Made by a program: the position numbers and the translations under genes. From Candidatus Planktophila sp. (GTDB lineage: Bacteria > Actinomycetota > Actinomycetes > Nanopelagicales > Nanopelagicaceae), in assembly GCA_049314595.1 (NCBI GenBank), contig JBMOET010000001.1, positions 8,856 through 72,855 on the forward strand: a stretch of DNA of 64,000 nucleotides, given 5' to 3'. Positions 50,083 through 59,847 of the stretch are shown here, piece after piece. The notes under the pieces were generated by a model that saw only the letters and a list, made by a program, of their open reading frames with translations, did no database searches and was not told the origin of the DNA. Position 1 is the first letter of the stretch, and each line of letters begins with the position of its first letter.

Positions 50083-52755
50083 ATGCCAGCGTTTTTAGAC
50101 AAGATCATGCGTGCCGGTGAAGGTCGACTCCTTCGTGAGCTTGGCAAGGTCGCTACTGCCGTAAATGCCCAAGAAGCCCGAGTAAGCGCGCTCTCAGATA
50201 GCGAACTACGCGAACAGACTGGCTTGTTTCAAACACGCTATGCCAACGGTGAATCACTCGATTCGATTATGCCAGAGGCCTATGCCGTAGTTCGCGAAGC
50301 GGCAAAGCGCACATTAGGTCAGCGCCATTATGACGTTCAAATTATGGGTGGAGCCGCACTTCACCGTGGAAATATCGCTGAAATGCGCACAGGTGAAGGT
50401 AAGACTTTGGTAGCCACGCTGCCGTCATATCTGAATGCTTTAGCTGGCCGTGGAGTGCACGTTGTAACAACAAATGATTATTTAGCTGAGCGCGATAGCG
50501 AATGGATGGGTCGCATCCATCGTTTCTTGGGTTTAAAAGTTGGCGTAATTCTTGCCAATATGACCCCAGTAGAGCGTCGCGAAGCTTACGCCGCCGATAT
50601 TACTTATGGAACTAACAATGAATTTGGCTTTGACTACTTACGCGACAACATGGCTTGGTCATTAGAAGAGTGTGTGCAACGCGATCACTTCTTCGCAGTC
50701 GTTGATGAAGTTGACTCAATTTTGATCGATGAAGCTCGTACACCCTTGATCATCAGCGGACCGGCTGATAAGGCAACAAAGTGGTACGTAGAGTTTGCAA
50801 ATCATGTTGGCAAGTTACAACGCGATGTTCACTATGAAGTAGATGAAAAGAAGAAGACCGTAGGAATTCTAGAAGAAGGTGTAACTAAGGTCGAAGAGTT
50901 ATTGAAGATCGGTAATCTGTACGAAGCGGCCAATACTCCAATGATCGGTTACCTCAATAATGCAGTACGCGCAAAGGAGCTTTTCAAGCGCGATAAAGAC
51001 TACGTTGTTATGAATGGCGAACTACTTATCGTTGACGAGCACACTGGTCGCATGTTGGCTGGACGTCGCTATAGCGAAGGTCTTCATCAAGCTCTAGAGG
51101 CAAAAGAGCGTATTGAAATTAAAGATGAAAACCAGACTCTTGCAACCATCACTTTGCAGAACTATTTCCGCCTGTACAGCAAGTTATCTGGAATGACTGG
51201 TACGGCAATGACTGAGGCCTCGGAGTTTCATCAGATTTACAAGCTAGGAGTTGTGCCAATTCCAACGAACCGCGAGATGGTGCGTATTGATGCCGCTGAC
51301 TTGGTCTATAAGACCGAAGTTGGAAAGTTTGCTGCAGTAACGTTAGATATCGTTGAAAAGCATCGCAAAGGTCAACCGGTCTTGGTCGGCACTGTCAGTG
51401 TTGAAAAATCCGAAGAGTTATCTGCCTTCTTGCGCAAATCTGGCGTAGCCCATGAGGTATTAAATGCTAAGCATCACGAACGCGAAGCGGCAATCATCGC
51501 CCGCGCTGGTGTTAAGGGTGCAGTAACCGTTGCTACAAATATGGCAGGCCGAGGCACCGACATCATGCTGGGTGGAAACCCAGAGTTCATGGCCGACTTT
51601 GAACTTCAACGTCGAGGAATTTCTCCAGTAGATCATGCCGAAGCATATGAAGCTGCATGGCCCGATGAAATCAAGCGTCAGAAAGAGGCAGTCGCAAAGG
51701 GACATGAAGAAGTTGTAGCCCTTGGCGGCCTGTATGTTCTTGGAACCGAACGCCACGAATCACGTCGTATCGATAATCAGTTACGTGGTCGCTCTGGTCG
51801 ACAAGGCGATCCCGGAGAATCACGTTTCTATTTATCATTGCAAGATGACTTAATGCGTCGCTTCAACTCTGGAATGGTTGAACGTTTCTTAACTGCAGCT
51901 GGAATTCCAGAAGATGCACCAATTGAGTCCAAGATGGTTAGCAATGCAATTCGTTCGGCACAGACTCAGGTTGAAGCCCAGAACTTTGAAATGCGAAAGA
52001 ATGTATTGAAGTACGACGACGTTATGAATAGACAGCGTCAAGTTGTTTACGGTGAACGACGCATGGTGCTTGAGGGCAAAGATATTCAAGAGCAGGTAGC
52101 TCTATTTGTTCGTGAAACCCTAGAAGCATATGTTGCAGCGGCAACATCTAATGGCTACGCAGAAGAATGGGACTTCGACACTCTATGGAGTGCGATTAAG
52201 ACTATTTATCCAATCTCTTTCAGCGTTGATGAATTAGTTGCACAGGTTGGTTCACGGAGTGCCTTAGATGCTGATTACATAACGGCTCGAATCGTAGAGG
52301 ACTGCGAAAAGGCTTACGCCCATCGCGAGGAGACTTTAGGCGCAGAAGTCATGCGCGAACTTGAAAGAAAAGTTCTTCTTTCAGTCTTAGATCGCAAATG
52401 GCGCGAGCATTTATATGAAATGGACTATTTACAAGAAGGTATTGGGCTTCGTGCTATGGCTCAACGCGATCCATTGGTTGAGTATCAACGTGAAGGCTAT
52501 GACTTATTCTCAGCGATGATGGATGCAATCAAAGAGGAAATCGCTGGCTTCTTATTCAATATCGAAGTTACCGTCGAAAGCTCCAGCAACGAAGTAAGCG
52601 GTGCGGGTTTAGAGGCCAAACCTCTGCCAACATCAGGTCTGCAGTACACCGCTGCCGATGAAAATGGCGTTAAGACAACAGGAGAAGTTTCACGGAATGC
52701 GCCATGTCCATGCGGATCTGGCAAGAAGTTCAAGCGCTGTCACGGAGCCGCTTAA
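50083..52755 (+). CDS. secA: Preprotein translocase ATPase SecA
   Basis: [36 protein letters not shown] motif [13 protein letters not shown]. Confidence 0.98.
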   Translation: MPAFLDKIMRAGEGRLLRELGKVATAVNAQEARVSALSDSELREQTGLFQTRYANGESLDSIMPEAYAVVREAAKRTLGQRHYDVQIMGGAALHRGNIAEMRTGEGKTLVATLPSYLNALAGRGVHVVTTNDYLAERDSEWMGRIHRFLGLKVGVILANMTPVERREAYAADITYGTNNEFGFDYLRDNMAWSLEECVQRDHFFAVVDEVDSILIDEARTPLIISGPADKATKWYVEFANHVGKLQRDVHYEVDEKKKTVGILEEGVTKVEELLKIGNLYEAANTPMIGYLNNAVRAKELFKRDKDYVVMNGELLIVDEHTGRMLAGRRYSEGLHQALEAKERIEIKDENQTLATITLQNYFRLYSKLSGMTGTAMTEASEFHQIYKLGVVPIPTNREMVRIDAADLVYKTEVGKFAAVTLDIVEKHRKGQPVLVGTVSVEKSEELSAFLRKSGVAHEVLNAKHHEREAAIIARAGVKGAVTVATNMAGRGTDIMLGGNPEFMADFELQRRGISPVDHAEAYEAAWPDEIKRQKEAVAKGHEEVVALGGLYVLGTERHESRRIDNQLRGRSGRQGDPGESRFYLSLQDDLMRRFNSGMVERFLTAAGIPEDAPIESKMVSNAIRSAQTQVEAQNFEMRKNVLKYDDVMNRQRQVVYGERRMVLEGKDIQEQVALFVRETLEAYVAAATSNGYAEEWDFDTLWSAIKTIYPISFSVDELVAQVGSRSALDADYITARIVEDCEKAYAHREETLGAEVMRELERKVLLSVLDRKWREHLYEMDYLQEGIGLRAMAQRDPLVEYQREGYDLFSAMMDAIKEEIAGFLFNIEVTVESSSNEVSGAGLEAKPLPTSGLQYTAADENGVKTTGEVSRNAPCPCGSGKKFKRCHGAA

Positions 52756-53279
52756 AGTAGTTTAAGCGCCGTACAGAGCCAACGATTGTCAACGCCTTCA
52801 AATCGAAGTATGAGGCATCTCAATCGATCACCGAATCTGACCGTAACAGTTGTCTCGCATATTCCATCTAAGGGTTCGCTGATGTGGAATTTTCGTATTC
52901 GTCCTACTTCTTTCGTAGATCCTGATTGCGCTAAGAGCTCTGAGTAAATGTGGTGATGACAGGCTCGCACTAGTTGTGATGGCTGGCGCCGACCAGCAAG
53001 AATCTCCAAGACATTGCGTGCAAAGTTAACATTCCACTCGCTTAAATCAGGTAAATCCTTTGCCGAGGTTGGTTCCGGTGCAAAGTCAGGGTCAAACTCA
53101 TCATTAAAGCAACTGGGAACCAAGTACAACTTGGGCTTCTTTTCTGCAGCTGTAACCACACGTGGACGGAATATCTCTAATATTGGATGGAGCCAATCTT
53201 CATCTGCATCACTAGAAATTGGCTCCAAATTAATTATGCTAAAGCTTGGTAGTTCATCAAAGATCGGGTTAGTAGTCAT
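52752..53279 (-). CDS. Rv3235-like protein
   Basis: [25 protein letters not shown]...WLCT; convergent with secA. Start uncertain (53279 or 53318). Confidence 0.82.
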   Translation of the reverse strand: MTTNPIFDELPSFSIINLEPISSDADEDWLHPILEIFRPRVVTAAEKKPKLYLVPSCFNDEFDPDFAPEPTSAKDLPDLSEWNVNFARNVLEILAGRRQPSQLVRACHHHIYSELLAQSGSTKEVGRIRKFHISEPLDGICETTVTVRFGDRLRCLILRFEGVDNRWLCTALKLL

Positions 53280-53401
53280 GCCAGCTAGATTTCTCTGAAA
53301 ACTATCGAAATACCTCACCTACATTGCTGGAATTTTCTCCTCCTAAAGTATGAGTGTGGATAAAGCGCTCAACAATTATTGGCGCCACCTTTAGTTAGCA
53401 C

Positions 53402-54001
53402 ATGGCACATAAAAAGGATTCATCTGGCTCTCGCACCACTTTAGCAATTACGCTTATCATCGCCTCTTTTCTTTCGGCACTCTTTCTTGCAAGTTTTTCT
53501 AATCGTACAGATGACTATTGGGTAGTAACTAAAGAGTTGACCATCGGGCATCAGTTAGTAATCGGAGATTTATCGCCAGGTCATGTGAATCTCGGCGGCA
53601 GTAAAGAGATGTACATACCAATCGATGAAGATCCAATCGGAATGATTGCTTCGTCAAAATTGCAACCCGGTCAATTACTTAGTCGCAACAGTGTCAGCAT
53701 GAGTGCAGCCTTACTAGTTTCAAGTGCAGTTCCTTTGAGTATTCGAACATTGGATATTGCAGCTGGTATCCAAGTGGGTGAGCAAGTAGATATCTACTGG
53801 GTTATTGATGCTCAAAATGGCGAAATACCGACTGAACCCATGATGATCTTGGGTGGGATAACGTTATTGAGTTTAGATGAGAAGAGTAAGAACTTCGGAA
53901 CCGATGCTTCACTGACAGTTGCCATTGAAGAGACACAGGTTCTGCATCTGTTGCGTGCCACAACGCATGGTCGACTAGTGGTGGTACGTACACATGTCTG
54001 A
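53402..54001 (+). CDS. SAF-domain membrane protein (CpaB/FlgA-like)
   Basis: TM helix, WVVTKELTIGHQL...DL, LQPGQLL, GEQVDIYW. Confidence 0.72.
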   Translation: MAHKKDSSGSRTTLAITLIIASFLSALFLASFSNRTDDYWVVTKELTIGHQLVIGDLSPGHVNLGGSKEMYIPIDEDPIGMIASSKLQPGQLLSRNSVSMSAALLVSSAVPLSIRTLDIAAGIQVGEQVDIYWVIDAQNGEIPTEPMMILGGITLLSLDEKSKNFGTDASLTVAIEETQVLHLLRATTHGRLVVVRTHV

Positions 54002-55094
54002 TTTAGAGCTACCAACGGTAATTACTGCAATCTCTAACCCAGAAGTAGAAGGCTTTATCGCTGGAGCACTCTTTGCTCAGGGCTGGAGTGTGATCTTTAG
54101 AGCCATAGATTGTGATTCATTAGATACCTACACTCGCGCATTTCCAGAGAATACTGCCGCTGCACTTTTGATTTATTCACCCGATCTCTCGGGATTAACT
54201 GTTGTGCGTTTAGAGTCAATAACTCGAACCGTAAAGGCAGTGGTGGGCTTTGCTCGCGAGCCTGAAAAAGTAAGTGGTTACAACGATCTGCATGCAATAC
54301 CTGCCACTACAACTGATCTAGTTAGTCTTGTCCGTGGATTTGTCAGGGCTCCTCTCATTCGACAAAACACACAACTTTCGCGTCAAAGTCGACGTTCCCA
54401 TGTGTTAGCGATTGGATCTGCCGGAAGCGGCACGGGCTGTACTACTTTGGCTCTCAACCTTGCAATGGAGCTGAGTGTCCTTGAAAAATCAACGCTACTA
54501 ATTGATGCAAATTTTCGGGCGCCATCTATTGCTGCGCTCTTAGCTATTAGGAATGTGCAGAGTGAATCAGGCTGGAGGATTTTAGCCCCGGGTTTATCGG
54601 TTACTGAGATTTCACAAGATCAGGCATTGTCAATTGACTCCTTTATGGAGCGTGCCACAACTACCTTCGACAACATCGTCATCGACTTAGGTTCAATCTC
54701 TGGTTTATCAAATCGATTAACCGATCGTCGCTGGACATCGACGATGACAACGTGGAGCTGTGATCAAGGTGATGAAATGATGATCGTCGCTCGGCCAGAT
54801 TTATTGGGAGTCCACCGTCTTGAACAAGTGGTCGCATTGTTGGCAATGACCTCTATTCGAAGCAGCATTAGTTTCACTTTGAATATGCGCTCTCAGGGGC
54901 GAAAAGGGCAGGAAGAAGAGGCGAAATTCTTATCAATCGCTGCGCCACTTCGCCCAACTGCAGTTCGAGTAATCAATCGTGATTCGCGAGCCGCCGCTGC
55001 TGCGCAAGCAGAGAAAGCCACGTTTATAGAGGTTAATGAGCGCTCTGCGCTACGAAAGTCCATAGCCAAGATCGCAAGCGAAATGAGGGGATAA
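53994..55094 (+). CDS. MinD/ParA/CpaE-like P-loop protein with N-terminal receiver-like region
   Basis: SAGSGTGCTTLALNLAMEL, LLIDAN, VIDLG. Confidence 0.75.
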   Translation: MSDLELPTVITAISNPEVEGFIAGALFAQGWSVIFRAIDCDSLDTYTRAFPENTAAALLIYSPDLSGLTVVRLESITRTVKAVVGFAREPEKVSGYNDLHAIPATTTDLVSLVRGFVRAPLIRQNTQLSRQSRRSHVLAIGSAGSGTGCTTLALNLAMELSVLEKSTLLIDANFRAPSIAALLAIRNVQSESGWRILAPGLSVTEISQDQALSIDSFMERATTTFDNIVIDLGSISGLSNRLTDRRWTSTMTTWSCDQGDEMMIVARPDLLGVHRLEQVVALLAMTSIRSSISFTLNMRSQGRKGQEEEAKFLSIAAPLRPTAVRVINRDSRAAAAAQAEKATFIEVNERSALRKSIAKIASEMRG

Positions 55095-55113
55095 TCTGCC
55101 TTAGTATTGGGCA

Positions 55114-55500
55114 ATGCGAACTTATCTTCCTATTCGTCACAGCGAACTAGAGAGCTTCATCTCAACTCTTAGTATGCAGGTAGATGAGCTCTTTGCCCCC
55201 ACTAGTGATTTTCTAGTTGAGAACGATGAGTGCGATTCAGAGGAACTCGAGTACTTGTTGTCCGTATCGGCCGGTGAAAAAGCGTTAAAACTCCGAGCAT
55301 CTCAGGCATCTCCTGGCTTAGTCCTTGCAATCGATATTGATTACAATCAAATTGAAAGTGAGAGCGCAGATACAGTCACTCTTAATTCATCGGTTAAATG
55401 GGAACAAGTGCAGTGCGCACTTCTTGCATATGAAGGCGAGGAAGAGTTAACCTGGTTTGCAACTCAGGAAATTGCTGACGAGCTGGCTGGCTGGAAATAG
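55114..55500 (+). CDS. DUF6912-like protein
   Basis: MRTYLP...EELEY...L.WFATQEI. Confidence 0.75.
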   Translation: MRTYLPIRHSELESFISTLSMQVDELFAPTSDFLVENDECDSEELEYLLSVSAGEKALKLRASQASPGLVLAIDIDYNQIESESADTVTLNSSVKWEQVQCALLAYEGEEELTWFATQEIADELAGWK

Positions 55501-55502
55501 TA

Positions 55503-56972
55503 ATGCCGCAGTTTGAAACACTTTTACAAGGGCGTAGCTCGGTAACTATTGATCAAGCTCATCGACTACGTGAATTAGTTGCTGACTGGCAACTCTTATC
55601 TGACTTGTCTTTTGCAGATTTAATTTTGTGGGTTCCCATAAGAAAAGATATAAAACTCTGGCCAACTGGACATGTTGCCGTTGCCCATATCCGCCCAACA
55701 ACTACGGCCACAGTCTTTGCCAATGATGTTATTGGCGACGAAGTTAGTTGGGGGAGTCGCCCACGTTTGGATCAGGCCCTATCAAGTGGAGAAATTGGCC
55801 ACAACAGCGAGCCAGAAAAGTTTGGAGAGATCATGATTAAAGAGGAGACGATTCCAGTCCTCTTTGACGGACATGTGATTGCTGTAATTTCCAGACATCG
55901 AAACGCTGATCTGATGAGATCGCCAAGTAGTCTTGAACTTAACTACCGAGAGATCGCTAATAACCTCTATCAAATGGTTTCCCAAGGCTCATTTCCATAT
56001 TCAGGGGCGGGTCCAATCTTTGAACCATTGCCCAGGGTCGGTGATGGACTAATTCGCCTGGACGTTAATGGTGTTATCTCATACGCCAGCCCCAATGCAC
56101 GATCGGCATTTAGCCGCATGGGTTGGAAAACTGAGATTGAGAATAATAAATTAGGCGATATCGCCGAAGCGGTAATTAAGAATTCACCAAATGCACACGA
56201 AGAAGGTATACGCACCCGTTTGAATGGAAAGATATTGCGCAGGGTTGAGATAGATAATCAAGGCGCAACCATTGATCTGCTTGTACTCCCGTTACTGCAA
56301 GGCAGTGATCGAGTAGGTGCAATCGTACTGCTGCAAAATGTAACTGAGCTGCGCCGACGAGATCGCGAACTGGTGACCAAGGATGCAACAATCCGAGAGA
56401 TTCACCATCGCGTGAAGAACAACTTGCAGACGGTTTCAGCGCTATTGAGATTACAAGCGCGTCGAATCGAAGATCCAGGTGCAGCATCGGCCCTCAATGA
56501 AGCCGTGCGCAGAATTGCATCTATTGCACTTGTTCACGAGACACTTTCAAGCAGCTCTGAAAATACAGTGGCATTTGATGATGTATTAACAAGTTTGATT
56601 TCCCACGCACTTGAGTTGAGTCCACGCATGGGTGAGTTAAGTATTGAGAGAAAGGGCCAACTTGGTTCTTTGGAGTCAAGACTTGCAACGCCATTGTCTT
56701 TAGTTGTAACAGAGTTGATGCACAACGCACTTGAACATGGTTTGGCGCAGCAAGGAACTAATTTGTTAATTGAGCTTCAGCGCTATAGCAATGAGTGTGT
56801 GATAAAGATTAGTGATGATGGGGTTGGGCTACCCGCAGGATTTAATTTAACGACGTCATCAAACTTGGGATTACAAATTGTGCGAACTCTGACTGAAAAT
56901 GAGTTAAAGGGAAAGTTAACGTTGATCTCAACTGATACAGGCACGGTCGCTACGTTGCGCTTCCCGCTGTAA
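55503..56972 (+). CDS. pdtaS: Cytoplasmic sensor histidine kinase PdtaS (HisKA_2)
   Basis: WQLLSDLSFADL, PAS domain, IREIHHRVKNNLQ, DDGVGL, LGLQIV. Confidence 0.9.
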   Translation: MPQFETLLQGRSSVTIDQAHRLRELVADWQLLSDLSFADLILWVPIRKDIKLWPTGHVAVAHIRPTTTATVFANDVIGDEVSWGSRPRLDQALSSGEIGHNSEPEKFGEIMIKEETIPVLFDGHVIAVISRHRNADLMRSPSSLELNYREIANNLYQMVSQGSFPYSGAGPIFEPLPRVGDGLIRLDVNGVISYASPNARSAFSRMGWKTEIENNKLGDIAEAVIKNSPNAHEEGIRTRLNGKILRRVEIDNQGATIDLLVLPLLQGSDRVGAIVLLQNVTELRRRDRELVTKDATIREIHHRVKNNLQTVSALLRLQARRIEDPGAASALNEAVRRIASIALVHETLSSSSENTVAFDDVLTSLISHALELSPRMGELSIERKGQLGSLESRLATPLSLVVTELMHNALEHGLAQQGTNLLIELQRYSNECVIKISDDGVGLPAGFNLTTSSNLGLQIVRTLTENELKGKLTLISTDTGTVATLRFPL

Positions 56973-56977
56973 GTAAT

Positions 56978-57247
56978 TTAGAAAGAGTTTTGCTGTTCCA
57001 TCAAACGTGCACGGTTGCGTGCTGCGCGGCGCTTAAGTGCGCGGCGCTCATCTTCAGATAGGCCACCCCACACGCCAGCATCTTGTCCGCTCTCAAGTGC
57101 CCACGCCAAGCATGGCTCCTTGACGATGCAGCGCTGGCAGACTTTTTTAGCCTCTTCAATTTGAGTGAGCGCTGGACCAGTATTTCCAACGGGAAAGAAG
57201 AGCTCAGGATCTTCATCGCGGCAGGCCGATTGATGTCGCCAATCCAT
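56978..57247 (-). CDS. whiB1: WhiB1/WblE Fe-S transcription factor
   Basis: MDWRHQSACRDEDPELFFPVGNTGPA...C..C...C...GVWGG. SD GGAGG lies 7 nt before ATG 57247. Confidence 0.95.
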   Translation of the reverse strand: MDWRHQSACRDEDPELFFPVGNTGPALTQIEEAKKVCQRCIVKEPCLAWALESGQDAGVWGGLSEDERRALKRRAARNRARLMEQQNSF

Positions 57248-57250
57248 CTG

Positions 57251-57337
57251 CATGCCTCCTTTAGCCTCTTATCTGGGAGGCACATCATCGCTTAACATCG
57301 TTGTTACTGCGCGTTCAATTCGCGCGCAAGAGGCTAA
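57251..57337 (-). promoter_or_regulatory. Structured whiB1 leader (candidate cis-regulatory RNA)
   Basis: Four base-paired elements identified by eye, including an SD-sequestering stem; see findings. Confidence 0.5.
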
Positions 57338-57365
57338 TTCTCTCGCCTTATGCTGTGATAAACAA
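57337..57365 (-). promoter_or_regulatory. Candidate whiB1 promoter TTGTTT-17 nt-GAGAAT
   Basis: -35 at 57365-57360 and -10 at 57342-57337, with 17-nt spacing. Confidence 0.45.
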
Positions 57366-57413
57366 GGATGAAAGCGAAAAGATTTCTAGAATTACAGTGA
57401 TTTAAGTCGCGCG

Positions 57414-57485
57414 TGCCCCCGACAGGATTCGAACCTGTGCACCCGCCTTCGGAGGGCAGTGCTCTATCCCCTGAGCTACGGGGGC
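57414..57485 (-). tRNA. tRNA-Arg (anticodon CCG), CCA not encoded
   Basis: Reverse complement GCCCCCG-TAGCTCAGGGGATAGAGC-A-CTGCC-CTCCGAA-GGCGG-...GGTTCGAATCC-TGT-CGGGGGC-A forms a canonical cloverleaf. Confidence 0.96.
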
Positions 57486-57552
57486 TCAATAGGTATGGAT
57501 ACAAGGCTATCAGCGGGTGCAGATATGACGTGAAACTGAAAGAATCGCGCTT

Positions 57553-58080
57553 ATGAGTTCAACTACGTACTGTGCAACCGGGTGTTTTTGGGGCGCTGAG
57601 CGCCGATTCTGGTCCATGCCAGGAGTAATTGAGACCAGTGTTGGGTACATGGGTGGCACGCTAGCAAATCCAACATATGAACAGGTGTGTACTGGAGAAA
57701 CAGATCACGCTGAAATTGTGAAAATAGTTTTTGATGAGTCAAAAGTTAGCTATCAAGAGCTGCTGGAAGAGTTTTGGACGATGCATGATCCAACATCCCT
57801 GAATCGCCAAGGGGGAGATATTGGTACCCAATACCGTAGCGCGCTCTATACAACGACTCCAGAGCAGTATGTGACTGCCGTGCAGTCTCGAAACATTTAT
57901 CAAGGTGTTCTAACCAATGAAGGTTTTGGTGAAATCACAACTGAGATCCTGGATGCACAGGGCATCGAGTACTTCCTGGCCGAGGATTATCACCAAAAGT
58001 ATTTGCAGAAGAACCCACAAGGTTACGACTGTCATTCAAGTACCGGAATCGCTTATCCAAGTTCAGGAGTGAATGTATGA
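57553..58080 (+). CDS. msrA: Peptide-methionine (S)-sulfoxide reductase
   Basis: GCFWG, GYMGG, HAE, HDPT, QYRS, AEDYHQKYL. Confidence 0.96.
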   Translation: MSSTTYCATGCFWGAERRFWSMPGVIETSVGYMGGTLANPTYEQVCTGETDHAEIVKIVFDESKVSYQELLEEFWTMHDPTSLNRQGGDIGTQYRSALYTTTPEQYVTAVQSRNIYQGVLTNEGFGEITTEILDAQGIEYFLAEDYHQKYLQKNPQGYDCHSSTGIAYPSSGVNV

Positions 58081-58490
58081 GTGGAAAAGAGTACAAAGTA
58101 CAAATAAACGAGGCTGAGTTAAAAGCCGCCGTTGATCCACTCTCATATGACGTATTACGAAATGCCGCAACCGAACGACCATTTACTGGTGAATATACCG
58201 ATACCGACAAAGTTGGTGTTTACAAATGCAAGGCTTGCACCGCAGTTCTTTTTAAGAGTCAGACAAAGTTCCACTCAGGTTGTGGCTGGCCATCTTTTTA
58301 TGCACCAACTAGCGATGATGCTGTGGAGTTAATTGAAGATCGTTCACTCTTTCCACGTGTGCGTACCGAAGTTCGATGTGCTGCATGCGGTTCTCACTTG
58401 GGGCACGTATTTAAAGGTGAAGGCTACGATGTTCCAACCGATGAGCGATGGTGCATTAATTCAGTCTCACTGATTTTAGAAGATAATTAA
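58077..58490 (+). CDS. msrB: Peptide-methionine (R)-sulfoxide reductase
   Basis: TERPFTG, CKAC, SGCGWPSF, HLGHVF, RWCINS. Confidence 0.96.
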   Translation: MSGKEYKVQINEAELKAAVDPLSYDVLRNAATERPFTGEYTDTDKVGVYKCKACTAVLFKSQTKFHSGCGWPSFYAPTSDDAVELIEDRSLFPRVRTEVRCAACGSHLGHVFKGEGYDVPTDERWCINSVSLILEDN

Positions 58491-59131
58491 TAATCCAAGC
58501 CTCTAGTTTCATGAACGGCTTGGTAACAGTACCAAGCAATAACACTTCTATATGGATGAAGTTTTTCACCTATTGCATCTAATTGCCTAGCTGAAGTCTC
58601 TTCCTTGCTTTTATGTACGAGATCCCACCCTCTTCGGACTGCTAAATCGCCGGTGGGCCATATGTCTAAGCGCCCAAGTTGAAACATCATAAACATTTCA
58701 ACTGTCCAGCGCCCGATTCCCCACAGAGAGGTCAATGCATCGAAGATTTCTTGGTCATCATGAATCTCATCGATGCGGTCGATTGGAATAGATTTATCAA
58801 GCACCGCACCGGCCAAGCCTTTAATTGTTCGAGCTTTGGCCCCGGATACGCCGATTTCTCGCAGTAAGAGGTCATCTAACTTGACTAGCTTTCGCGCTGT
58901 TATGTGACCTTTACATAAAACGACTAAGCGAGCATGAATAGTTTCGGCAGCTTTAGTTGCAAGTTGCTGAGAAATTACCGAGCTAACAAGAGATTCGAAG
59001 TTACTCTCACTTTTCTCTGAACGTCCTATTGTGCATAAAGGTCGTCTATCAATCAGCGGTGCGAACTTTTTATCCAGAACAGCAACTTCAGCAACTACAC
59101 GTCGCATTGTGCGGGTTGAGTGAACTGCCAC
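58487..59131 (-). CDS. alkA: DNA-3-methyladenine glycosylase II (HhH-GPD)
   Basis: ISQQL, LWGIGRWTVEMF, WPTGDLAVR, PYRS. Confidence 0.88.
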   Translation of the reverse strand: MAVHSTRTMRRVVAEVAVLDKKFAPLIDRRPLCTIGRSEKSESNFESLVSSVISQQLATKAAETIHARLVVLCKGHITARKLVKLDDLLLREIGVSGAKARTIKGLAGAVLDKSIPIDRIDEIHDDQEIFDALTSLWGIGRWTVEMFMMFQLGRLDIWPTGDLAVRRGWDLVHKSKEETSARQLDAIGEKLHPYRSVIAWYCYQAVHETRGLDY

Positions 59132-59134
59132 AAC

Positions 59135-59725
59135 TTATAACGAGAAAGTTGGATACTCATCTGTGACAAGAACCAAGGCATAACCAACTACTCGGTTCCA
59201 ATAGGCAATAGTTCCCACTACGCCTTCTGCACAGCGCTCTGGATAGTTTCCGGTAAATAAAATGCTAAACCAAGCGATAAGAGTCAAAATAGCTGCATAA
59301 GCAATATAGAAAACTCCAACTACGTACAATGGAAGTGCAAGCAACCACTTAATAAGCGGCAACCAGCGGTTCAACGCCTTTGCATCGACCACTGGAAAAG
59401 TAACGCTAACGATTTCATTTTCTTCAATCGATGGATATTCATCGGTCAGCAAAAGAAGATAAGCGTCGAGGCGTGTTTGTAGCGAAAGTAGTGATTCGTT
59501 AAAAGCTAAAAGATAAGTTGGATAAATCTGTCGCACCACAATTGCCAGTGCTACTGGCAGCACAAAGAAACCAACTGCATAGCCGTTTGCGTCATTAAAA
59601 TCTGATGGAGCAAAAGATGCTACAAATATCGCCATCGGTACGGCAAGGATGATTCGAAAAAACGCTGTGGTTCGGTCTCGCTGTGTAAGGCTGACATCGA
59701 TCTGGGTCTCAATTTGTTGGCTCAT
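59135..59725 (-). CDS. DUF4389 membrane protein
   Basis: Two internal repeats ending LLTDEYP / LVTDEYPTFSL; WFSILFTGNYP. Confidence 0.85.
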   Translation of the reverse strand: MSQQIETQIDVSLTQRDRTTAFFRIILAVPMAIFVASFAPSDFNDANGYAVGFFVLPVALAIVVRQIYPTYLLAFNESLLSLQTRLDAYLLLLTDEYPSIEENEIVSVTFPVVDAKALNRWLPLIKWLLALPLYVVGVFYIAYAAILTLIAWFSILFTGNYPERCAEGVVGTIAYWNRVVGYALVLVTDEYPTFSL

Positions 59726-59795
59726 ACGGGTAATTTTACCCATTCAGGCGCTCTCTATTGTCTTTTGCATGGGAAATGCTCTATTTTTACACTCC

Positions 59796-59829
59796 TTGCA
59801 TTCAGTTTTGCAGGTTTTTGCAGGTTTTG
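59796..59829 (+). repeat. Short tandem direct repeats TTTTGCAGGT upstream of lacI
   Basis: TTGCA at 59796, 59808 and 59818; exact 10-mer at 59806-59815 and 59816-59825. Confidence 0.6.
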
Positions 59830-59847
59830 ACGACGTATGAGGTGGAT

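Noticed and set aside
57414-57485. tRNA-Arg as a possible integration site
   Set aside because: No integrase, no duplicated tRNA 3' end was seen, and the flanking genes are core genes.
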